From Macrostomum lignano (Eukaryota): a stretch of DNA of 64,000 bases. The notes under the pieces are model-generated. The model did no database searches and was not told where the DNA came from. It saw only the letters and a list, made by a program, of their open reading frames with translations. The stretch covers positions 682,001 to 746,000 of the forward strand of contig NIVC01000059.1 of NCBI GenBank assembly GCA_002269645.1, written 5' to 3'. Of this stretch, positions 51,640 through 61,480 are shown piece after piece (the stretch's first letter is position 1; each line of letters starts with the position of its first letter). The position numbers and the translations under genes are program-made.

Positions 51640-53650
51640 CAATCCCCAGTTACTGGGCCAGTCACACAGATCCCAGTTGCTGGGCCAGTGCTGGGCCAAC
51701 CTCCCAGATTCTCAGTTGCTGGGCCAGCCTTCCAGATCCTCAGTTGCTGGGTCACCAGCCTCCCAAATCCTCAGTTGCTGAGCCAGCCTCCCAGATCCTC
51801 AGTTGCTGGGCCAGCCTCCCAGATCCTCAGTTGCTGCTGGGCCAGCCTCCCAGATCCTCAGTTGCTGGGCCAGCCTCCCAGATCCTCAGTTGCTGGGCCA
51901 GCCTCCCAGATCCTCAGTTGCTGCTGAGCCAGCCTCCCAGATCCTCAGTTGCTGGGCCACCCACAAATCCTCAGCTGCTGGGCCACCCTCCCAGATCCTC
52001 AGTTGCTGGGCCAGCCTCCCAGATCCTCAGTTGCTGGGCCAGCCTCCCAGATCCTCAGTTGCTGGGCCAGCCTCCCAGATCCTCAGTTGCTGCTGAGCCA
52101 GCCTCCCAGATCCTCAGTTGCTGGGCCAGCCTCCCAGATCCTCAGTTGCTGGGCCAGCCTCCTAGATACTCAGTTGCTGCTGAGCCAGCCTCCCAGATCC
52201 TCAGTTGCTGGGCCAGCCTCCCAGATCCTCAGTTGCTGGGTCACCAGCCTCCCAAATCCTCAGTTGCTGAGCCAGCCTCCCAGATCCTCAGTTGCTGCTG
52301 AGCCAGCCTCCCAGATCCTCAGTTGCTGCTGAGCCAGCCTCCCAGATCCTCAGTTGCTGAGCCAGCCTCCTAGATCCTCAGTTGCTGCTGAGCCAGCCTC
52401 CCAGATCCTCAGTTGCTGAGCCAGCCTCCTAGATCCTCAGTTGCTGCTGAGCCAGCCTCCCAGATCCTCAGTTGCTGGGCCAGCCTCCCAGATCCTCAGT
52501 TGCTGCTGGGCCAGCCTCCCAGATCCCCAGTTGCTGGGCCAGCCTCCCAGATCCTCAGTTGCTGGGCCAGCCTCCCAGATCCTCAGTTGCTGCTGAGCCA
52601 GCCTCCCAGATCCTCAGTTGCTGGGCCACCCACAAATCCTCAGCTGCTGGGCCACCCTCCCAGATCCTCAGTTGCTGGGCCAGCCTCCCAGATCCTCAGT
52701 TGCTGGGCCAGCCTCCCAGATCCTCAGTTGCTGGGCCAGCCTCCCAGATCCTCAGTTGCTGCTGAGCCAGCCTCCCAGATCCTCAGTTGCTGGGCCAGCC
52801 TCCCAGATCCTCAGTTGCTGGGCCAGCCTCCTAGATACTCAGTTGCTGCTGAGCCAGCCTCCCAGATCCTCAGTTGCTGGGCCAGCCTCCCAGATCCTCA
52901 GTTGCTGGGTCACCAGCCTCCCAAATCCTCAGTTGCTGAGCCAGCCTCCCAGATCCTCAGTTGCTGCTGAGCCAGCCTCCCAGATCCTCAGTTGCTGCTG
53001 AGCCAGCCTCCCAGATCCTCAGTTGCTGAGCCAGCCTCCTAGATCCTCAGTTGCTGCTGAGCCAGCCTCCCAGATCCTCAGTTGCTGAGCCAGCCTCCTA
53101 GATCCTCAGTTGCTGCTGAGCCAGCCTCCCAGATCCTCAGTTGCTGGGCCAGCCTCCCAGATCCTCAGTTGCTGCTGGGCCAGCCTCCCAGATCCTCAGT
53201 TGCTGGGCCAGCCTCCCAGATCCTCAGTTGCTGGGCCAGCCTCCCAGATCCTCAGTTGCTGGGCCAGCCTCCCAGATCCTCAGTTGCTGGGCCACCCACA
53301 AATCCTCAGCTGCTGGGCCACCCTCCCAGATCCTCAGTTGCTGGGCCAGCCTCCCAGATCCTCAGTTGCTGGGCCAGCCTCCCAGATCCTCAGTTGCTGG
53401 GCCAGCCTCCCAGATCCTCAGTTGCTGCTGAGCCAGCCTCCCAGATCCTCAGTTGCTGGGCCAGCCTCCCAGATCCTCAGTTGCTGGGCCAGCCTCCTAG
53501 ATACTCAGTTGCTGCTGAGCCAGCCTCCCAGATCCTCAGTTGCTGGGCCAGCCTCCCAGATCCTCAGTTGCTGGGCCAGCCTCCCAGATCCTCAGTTGCT
53601 GGGCCAGCCTCACAGAGCCTCAGTTGCTGGGCCACCCACAAATCCTCAGC
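51640..53650. repeat. 27-31-bp intronic satellite (CAGTTGCTGGGCCAGCCTCCCAGATCCT)n with a 669-bp higher-order period
   Basis: Direct reading; equivalent ORFs start at 51803, 52472 and 53141. Confidence 0.97.
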
Positions 53651-53706
53651 GGCTCACTCTCATTCAAGTTTATTGCATCTGTATAACTGAATTCAACCGC
53701 TTGCAG

Positions 53707-53809
53707 GTACGGCATGTGGGATTACGACAACTTACTGCAGAATTCCACATTTTGTTTGGTGCCTCGAGGTCGTCGTCTTGGTTCGTATCGCTTCTTGGAG
53801 GTTCTTCAG
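53707..53809 (+). CDS. EXT1: EXT1-like exon 3
   Basis: YGMWDYDNLLQNSTFCLVPRGRRLGSYRFLEVLQ; donor cag|gtgagt. Confidence 0.96.
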
Positions 53810-53884
53810 GTGAGTGGCTGTTATCTAATTTTTTTAAACAAATCATTGGGAATCATATTTGACTCCCTACCTTGAGACAAAGAC

Positions 53885-55530
53885 TTCCAACCCTGACAAT
53901 AAGAATCCCAACCCTGACAATAAGAATCCCAATCCTGACAACAAGAATCCCAATCCTAACTATAAGAGTCCCAATCCTAACTATAAGAGTCCCAATCATG
54001 ACAATAAGAATCCCAATCCTGACAATAAGAATCTCAATCCTGACAATAAGAATCCCAATCCTGACAATAAGAATCCCAATCCTGACAATAAGAATCTCAA
54101 TCCTGACAATAAGAATCCCAATCCTGACAATAAGAATCCCAATCCTGACAATAAGAATCTCAATCCTGACTATAAGACTCCCAATCCTGACTATAAGAAT
54201 CCCAATCCTGACAATAAGAATCCCAATCCTGACAATAAGAATCTCAATCCTGACAATAAGAATCTCAATCCTGACAATAAGAATCCCAACCCTGACAATA
54301 AGAATCCCAATCCTGACAATAAGAATCCCAACCCTGACAATAAGAATCTCAATCCTGACAATAAGAATCCCAATCCTGACAATAAGAATCCCAACCCTGA
54401 CAATAAGAATCTCAATCCTGACAATAAGAATCCCAATCCTGACTATAAGAATCCCAATCCTGACTATAAGAATCCCAACCCTGACTATAAGAGTCCCAAT
54501 CATGACAATAAGAATCCCAATCCTGACAATAAGAATCTCAATCCTGACAATAAGAATCTCAATCCTGACAATAAGAATCTCAATCCTGACAATAAGAATC
54601 CCAATCCTGACTATAAGAATCCCAATCCTGACAATAAGAATCCCAATCCTGACAAAAGAATCTCAATCCTGACAATAAGAATCTCAATCCTGACAATAAG
54701 AGTCCCAATCCTGACTATAAGAATCCCAATCCTGACAATAAGAATCCCAATCCTGACAATAAGAATCTCAATCCTGACAATAAGAATCCCAATCCTGACT
54801 ATAAGAATCCCAATCCTGACTATAAGAATCCCAATCCTGACAATAAGAATCCCAATCCTGACAATAAGAATCTCAATCCTGACAATAAGAATCCCAATCC
54901 TGACTATAAGAATCTTAATCCTGACAATAAGAATCTTAATCCTGACAATAAGAATCTTAATCCTGACAATAAGAATCCCAATCCTGACAATAAGAATCCC
55001 AATCCTGACTATAAGAATATTAATCCTGACAATAAGAATCTTAATCCTGACAATAAGAATCCCAATCCTGACAATAAGAATCTCAATCCTGACAATAAGA
55101 ATCCCAATCCTGACAATAAGAATCTTAATCCTGACAATAAGAATCTTAATCCTGACAATAAGAATCCCAATCCTGACAATAAGAATCCCAATCCTGACTA
55201 TAAGAATCCCAATCCTGACTATAAGAATCCCAATCCTGACAATAAGAATCCCAATCCTGACTATAAGAATCCCAATCCTGACAATAAGAATCCCAATCCT
55301 GACTATAAGAATATTAATCCTGACAATAAGAATCTTAATCCTGACAATAAGAATCCCAATCCTGACAATAAGAATCTCAATCCTGACAATAAGAATCCCA
55401 ATCCTGACAATAAGAATCTTAATCCTGACAATAAGAATCTTAATCCTGACAATAAGAATCCCAATCCTGACAATAAGAATCCCAATCCTGACTATAAGAA
55501 TCCCAATCCTGACTATAAGAATCCCACTCT
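53885..55530. repeat. 21-bp intronic minisatellite (CCTGACAATAAGAATCCCAAT)n
   Basis: Direct reading; source of the NPDNKNP pseudo-ORF. Confidence 0.97.
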
Positions 55531-55600
55531 TTAGGAACAGTTTTCCCAATCCTGAAATTCAGAATCCCAAGTTCTCCACAATCCCGATCACTTCGCACAG

Positions 55601-55990
55601 GCCGGTTGCATCCCCGTGGTGCTGTCTAACGACTGGGAGCTGCCATTCTCCGAGGTGATCGACTGGCGCCGAGCCGCAGTCTGGGCAGACGAGCGTCAGC
55701 TACTTCAACTGCCGGACATTGTGCGCTCTATACCGGATTGGCGCGTGATTCAGATGCGCCAGCAGTGCAGATTTTTATACAGCGCATATTTCTCTTCGGT
55801 CCAATCGATTGTGCGAGTGACGCTGGAGATTCTGGCGGACCGGATTGCCTATCTGAGGCGGCCCGGCCTGTTCTGGAATAGCCGGCCTGGCGGCTTGTTG
55901 GTCAGGCCGCAGTTCTCCCTTAATCCCTGCTATTATCCCTTCTATGGGCCAAGGCCTGGGCCGCCTTGCCCTGCTGGCCGGGTTGAGCAC
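55601..55990 (+). CDS. EXT1: EXT1-like exon 4 (donor at 55990, or alternatively 55981)
   Basis: AGCIPVVLSNDWELPFSEVIDW...YFSSV...WNSRPGGL; two phase-0 GT options. Confidence 0.88.
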
Positions 55991-56049
55991 GTGAGGATTT
56001 GAATGGCTAGGATTTTTAGTTGTGTCTTAATTCTTTGTTTCTTTCTCAC

Positions 56050-56450
56050 TTAAGTCCTCTTCTTCCCCTCCATTTCTTCCCTTATTGACTCCCTTCCATA
56101 CCTTATTTTCCCCTCCTGATTTCCCTTTTCCCGTCCGTGTTTTCTTCTCTTAATTCCCCTTCTTCCCCTCCATGTTTCCCCTCTCAGTTCCCCTTCTTCC
56201 CCTTCGTGTTTTTCCCTCTTAATTCCCCTTCTTCCCCTTCGTGTTTTCCCTCTCAATTCCCCCTCTTCCCCTTCGTGTTTTCCCCTCTTAATTCCTCTTC
56301 TTCCCCTTCGTGTTTTCCCTCTTAATTCCTCTTCTTCCCCTTCGTGTTTTCCCCTCTTAATTCCCCTTCTTTCCCTTCGTGTTTTCCCCTCTTAATTCCC
56401 CTTCTTTCCCTTCGTGTTTTCCCCTCTTAATTCCCCTTCGTGTCCCTCTC
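56050..56450. repeat. Pyrimidine-rich ~35-bp intronic repeat (TTCCCCTTCGTGTTTTCCCCTCTTAATTCC..)
   Basis: Direct reading. Confidence 0.85.
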
Positions 56451-56538
56451 TTCCCATTCTTCTCCATCTATCCCCTCTTGAGTCGATTCCTACAATATAC
56501 TTGATGTCCTTCCTGTTTCCCCATACACGACCCCCCAG

Positions 56539-56793
56539 GTCACCGCTGTGCTGTTCTGCGGCCCCGGCTGCCACAACTCGCTGCTGCTGGGAGTTCTCCG
56601 CTCCCTGACCGGCAACGGCGGTCTCGTCCGCCAGATATTCGTTGCCTGGCGATCGTCGCTATCGCCGACGCCGCCATCGATGTCGACATTGCGTCGACTG
56701 GTTGGCAACAAGATTCGAATTGCGCTGAGTGAGGGCGGCGGCGGCCCAGATGGCAACCCGCTGAGTCTGATTGAGATGCCGGACTGGAGTCTG
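56539..56793 (+). CDS. EXT1: EXT1-like exon 5 (start of GT64 domain)
   Basis: VTAVLF...LVRQIFVAW aligns to EXT1 FTAVI...CAQIIVLW; donor ctg|gtaaga. Confidence 0.85.
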
Positions 56794-56899
56794 GTAAGAG
56801 CTACTCGTAATAGGCCTGGTCGCTGGCTTAGCTAAGAAAAGCTAAATGGCGTATTATTAGTATTTACACCGAGTTATTTAAACCTCCTTAATAGTTGTA

Positions 56900-57070
56900 G
56901 ATTGTAGCCTAGTGGTTAGAGAGCGTCGGACTCTCGACTGAGGTCGGGGGTTCGATTCTCGACCCACTCAGGACAATCTGTGTCCTTCAGCAAGGAACTT
57001 AACTCTGCATTGCTTCAGTTCACCCAGCTGTAAAATGGGTGCCAGCATTAGCTGGGATAATTGAGGGTAT
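56900..57070 (+). mobile_element. tRNA-derived SINE with CORE-like central domain
   Basis: A-box tagcctagtggttaga, B-box ggttcgattct, then tgtgtccttcagcaaggaacttaac...cagtt..cccagctgtaaaatggg, resembling the MIR/CORE consensus. Confidence 0.75.
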
Positions 57071-57848
57071 TGTTGGGATTCTTGAGGTGTTAACACTTAT
57101 TTTAATTGTCATATTTGAATAACCTGTAGACATGGAGTCTGCAGACATCTGCATGTCAGAGAGGCTTATAAGTGTAAGGGTTTGGGTAGAAATGTTGGTT
57201 TTTAATTGATTTTGAGGCTGAATTGGAATCTCGGCTTGGCTCTGCTTTTGCAATTAACGACCGGGCCAACCCCCAAGGCACAGTGAAGTGTACATGCCTA
57301 ACGATAAATAAAGTTAGGGCCGCTGTACACTCCTGTGTGAGTGTGCGCCTGTGCGTATGACTGCGTACGCATCCGCGCGCTTGTGTGCCTGCTTAGGGGA
57401 GTCGGCAGAATGGGCAGCAATGCCTCTCACCGGTTTTGTGACAGTGGCGCCTAAAGTGCGCCAAGGTGCGCACAACCCCAGCTTTAAAAATAGTATTGTA
57501 GTAGTATATTACTACTGTAGTAGTGAGATAGTAGTATATAAAAGGTTAAATTTTAATAGTTCTCTGTGTACTTTTAATTGCTGGTTCTCCCAAATCTCAA
57601 CAATATGCTTGTTGAACAAGTTTTCTTTTTACTCGGGTTTTTTGGTTGAGCAGTTTAAAAATAAAATAGTAATATACCTTGACGTCCTTAGTTCGACTAC
57701 CGTGTTTAGTTTATTATTTAATTTACGCTGTAAAACGTTTATCAAAGGTTCCGGGTTCGAATTCTCATCCGATATGTTGCGTTGCACCTATAATTGGCGT
57801 GCCTATATACCTACAGTTAATTAATGATTTATTAATGCCCCCTCGCAG

Positions 57849-58022
57849 ATCTCCCAAGACGCAGTGCTATTGATCAACGCCTCTGCTCTGTCGGCGCCAA
57901 TTCCTCAGCATCGGCAGCAGCAGTTGCAGCAGCTCTACAGGCTGGCGTTCAGCGTTTGGCGAGCGCAAACCGACCGAGCTGTTGGGCTCCAGGGCGGCCT
58001 GCACTTTTATGACGACTTCCAG
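57849..58022 (+). CDS. EXT1: EXT1-like exon 6
   Basis: ISQDAVLLINAS...LAFSVWRAQTDRAVG aligns to IITDAVLSLDED...FAFTVWQSFPERIVG; donor cag|gtaaat. Confidence 0.85.
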
Positions 58023-58059
58023 GTAAATATTGAGAAGTAATGCTGGGTTGCTGCTACTA

Positions 58060-58186
58060 AATCTCTACTACTGTACTGCTACCACTAATACTATTACTAC
58101 TTATGCTACTTATACTTATACTACTACTAATGATGCTACTATTGTTAATACTACTAATACTACTACTACTAGTATTACTACTACTA

Positions 58187-58219
<33 letters not shown>

Positions 58220-58237
58220 ATGCTACTACTACTACTA
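58060..58237. repeat. (ACT)n microsatellite, resuming at 58881
   Basis: Direct reading. Confidence 0.95.
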
Positions 58238-58880
58238 TTGGTTTTTGCATGCTAAGTGAGACATTTTTCAAGCGATCTGAGACTGAATAGCAAAACCACT
58301 ATTGTCTATGGCCACCCCTCGCTGCAGCCCAGCTTTTTGGGCGCGCCTTGCAAGCAAAGTGAGACATTTTTTCAAGCTAAGTGAGAACCATATTGAAAAC
58401 AAAGGGGTGGTTTTACGAAATTACAAAATGATGTACTGTCGGAAACTATATATTTAGAAAAGGATACGCAGGAACACAACAAAACAAGCGGTACAAAAAT
58501 TGTTGATAATGTTATAAGCGTTCAAATAAAGAGTTGCATGTTGATACACTGAGCAAACTTTCGAGTGCAGTGGAGCTCCCAGCCTGCGATCTTGTGCGGA
58601 GTAATGACATGCAGCGATTCCTCTTGAAATTGAGTAACCATCTTCGACGGCATTGACCAGGCGCTCTCTATCCTCGTTGCTTGTTAGACGCAGTTGATTT
58701 GCCATAGCCCAGCCTTTGTTTTCAATATGGTTCTCACTTAGCTTTAAAAAATTTCTCACTGTGCTTGCAAGGCGATCCCAAAAAGCTGGGCTGCAGCGAA
58801 GGGTGGCCATAGACAATAGTGTTTTTGCTATTCAGTCTCAGATTGCTTGAAAAAAGTCTCACTTAGCATGCAAAAACCAA
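58238..58880. mobile_element. Foldback MITE with ~190-bp TIRs inserted in (ACT)n
   Basis: TTGGTTTTTGCATGCTAAGTGAGAC... / ...GTCTCACTTAGCATGCAAAAACCAA; TA on both flanks. Confidence 0.88.
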
Positions 58881-59067
58881 TACTACTACTACTACTACTG
58901 AATAGGTCTGATTAATTACTCAATGAGAACCCCGCGTATTAGCTCAATATCATTAATACGACACAGTAAATATGAAGAAAAAATGTCTAAAGAAATTTTG
59001 ACCATCGTATCTAAGCCAATAAAAAAGCTGTTTTATTTCGAAATGTTAATATTATAATCTACCGAAG

Positions 59068-59409
59068 GAGCGTTGGAGTCTCACTACGGCGCCAGCCTCA
59101 GGCGTCTCCTGCCTGCTTGGGCCGGTGCTCATGCTGCACCGCTATTACGCCTACCTGATGTCCAGCCCGTTTGCCGAACGACTGCGTCGTGTAGCCTCAG
59201 TGTTTGACGGCTGCGACCTGCTAGCCTGGAGTTTTCTAGTCAGTCACGTGACTGGCCGCCCGCCTGCCCAGCTGCTGGAGCACCGGACGGCATGGGCCCA
59301 GCCGGAGTTCCTTGGCAGTCGGCAGCTGTGCCTGCAACCGCTGGTAAATGCGCTGGGCTCGGCTATGCCTCTGACTGTGTCCAGGGCAAGGATGGACCCT
59401 GTGTCATAG
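59068..59409 (+). CDS. EXT1: EXT1-like exon 7 (last)
   Basis: ERWSLT...LHRYYAYL...FLVSHVTGRPP...MPLTVSRARMDPVS*. The seven exons total 2280 nt (759 aa). Confidence 0.88.
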   Translation, partial: ERWSLTTAPASGVSCLLGPVLMLHRYYAYLMSSPFAERLRRVASVFDGCDLLAWSFLVSHVTGRPPAQLLEHRTAWAQPEFLGSRQLCLQPLVNALGSAMPLTVSRARMDPVS

Positions 59410-59479
59410 CTGACGTTTTAACCTCTGTTTGCTGGTGCTCCATTATCTTGGATTCTCAGTTTTTTGTCACATGCCAAAC

Positions 59480-59660
59480 TGCCAGATGTTCAGCTGCTGA
59501 GCCACCAGCTTCCCAGACCCTCAGTTGCTGGGCCACCAGCTTCCCAGACCCTCAGTTGCTGGGCCAGCCTCCCAGATCCTCAGTTTCTGAGCCACCAGCC
59601 TCCCAGATCCTCAGTTGCTGAGCCAGCCTCCCAGATCCTCAGTTGCTGGGCCAGCCTCCA
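59480..59660. repeat. Short block of the CAGTTGCTGGGCCAGCCTCCCAGATCCT satellite downstream of the EXT1 stop
   Basis: Direct reading. Confidence 0.9.
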
Positions 59661-60039
59661 TTGACATTTGCAATTACAGTCTATAGCTCGTTACAAAATG
59701 CAGTTTCATAGCTGCAATTTTATGTCTTCCCAGCTGTTATCAGTATATATATATGCAATACATATATCATTATATGTATGATATATGTATTGTAATCAAT
59801 ATTATGCATTCAATTCTTGTTAGCTAAGCTATTCGACTGGTCACCCTTGCTCTGCAATGAAGAAAAATACCACTTTGTGCTTTCAGAAAAATCGCCCTCA
59901 AACAGAAATTCGCAAGTCTCTTTGTAAATTGATTGAAATAAAATTTTGTTGAGTCGGACCTCGATTCGCTCATTCGACTGTTTTATGATTTTCAACTGTT
60001 TGTCAATTGAATCTCAGATCTGTTTTTTTTTAAATACAA

Positions 60040-61245
60040 CTCGATAGGTGCTTTGACGAAATTTTGCATGCTTCACTGGATAAATTTATGTCATGCGAGT
60101 CTTCAATTTGTGTTTTCTTAGTCTAAAATACTACCTTAAAGACGCGGTCGTAACACAGTTTTTAGAAAATGGGGTAAAAATGAACTGTGATTTCGTCAAA
60201 AAGGTCGGAGTCTCCAATACGCCGTCATCAGGTTTCAGAAAGTTAAAGACCGAAACTGTATCTGCGTGAATTCTCGTCCAGTATTTTATCGGGCAGTACA
60301 GCGGCTGCGTGCTACCAGACCCTCTGTTCAGCCCTCGGTGACCAAGCCCCATCCATCTGTATGGTCTACGGCTAGTTCAGCCGCTTCCAGAGTCGAAAGT
60401 CGTTGCTTTCTTGCAGTGACACCTTGATGAAGATCAGCGAGTGTGACGAATCGACAGTTAAAGAATCTTGTCTGGGTTTTTCGGATTCAACCAGTCGTTA
60501 AGATCCTGTTCAGTGTCGCTCAGAAGCAGGCCGGCATGGAGTTCGCGCGTCTTATGCTTGACAATTTTGAAAGCGACGTCTCAAAATCAGTTGGATAATA
60601 TCCTCAAAGGGGGTGAAAGCTGGGTCGTCATTGGGTCACCATAGACGGTGATGCGCCGCTGAAATTCTGCCGCGAGCGAACCGTTGAAAGGTGATGCGAT
60701 GGCTGCCAACTTTTTCCCCGTCACTGCGGCATCTTGCGGCCAGTGTTGCTTGAGCACGGCGCCACAGTGAGTGCTGGATTGTACAGCACCGTCTTCTTGC
60801 CGCAGGTGCTGCAACCATTTGATCAAGAGCGGCCAAAGTCTGGGGGAGAAGGGCAGCTTCCTTCGCCCAAAATTATACCGAGGCACAGAGCAGGGGCGAC
60901 CCAGCAATACAAGACAACGCAGCTGCCGCATCCGGCATATTCGCCCGGCCCCGCGCCTTGTGATTTCTTCCTCTTTCAAAAACTGAAGAACTTGATGGAG
61001 AGGCGATTCGACTTGAGATAGGAGCTCGGGAATGTCCTGCAAGCTGAGCTGGGCTCAATCCAAAAATCTGATTTAAGGAGGTTTTTCAACTCTTGGTTCA
61101 AGCGAATGCAACAAATGTTTGGATCTGGATGGAAATTCTGTTTAGAAATGCGATTAGCTCCTTTAATTGTAGATATACAAATTTAGCTGAATCCAACTAT
61201 GTGAAGTACAATTTTATGAGAACTTCATAAGAGACACCTCGCATA
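60040..61245 (+). mobile_element. Degenerate mariner transposon (transposase pseudogene); boundaries approximate
   Basis: ALGDQAPSICMVYG*FSRF (HTH region) near 60330; HPAYSPGPAPCDFFLFQKLK near 60930; multiple stops and frameshifts. Confidence 0.75.
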
Positions 61246-61480
61246 TGTAAATTGAGTAGCTTGAATAAACATTACTATCGAAACTCGAGTGGACTAATCT
61301 AGGTCCTATGGGACAGACTTTTGTACGTGTGCTTTTGTTTATGGAACAACAAATAGGACATCTCTTGTTTAGCTAGACAATTTTTGGTAGTTGAGCCTAC
61401 GCTCTCATTTTTCTCAATTGTTGCTTCTTCAATTGACTTCTTTTGCAACGTTGAAACCCCAAAGAAACTGGGTGCGGAAA

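Noticed and set aside
50254-55658. Long ORFs in EXT1 introns, including the 599-aa NPDNKNP (circumsporozoite-like) ORF and the repeat tail of 51108..52301
   Set aside because: They lie between canonical splice sites whose use restores a continuous EXT1 frame; they are repeat translations.
61391-61480. Upstream TTG start for the kinase-like ORF
   Set aside because: The ORF track uses bacterial alternative starts; the first ATG is at 61481.
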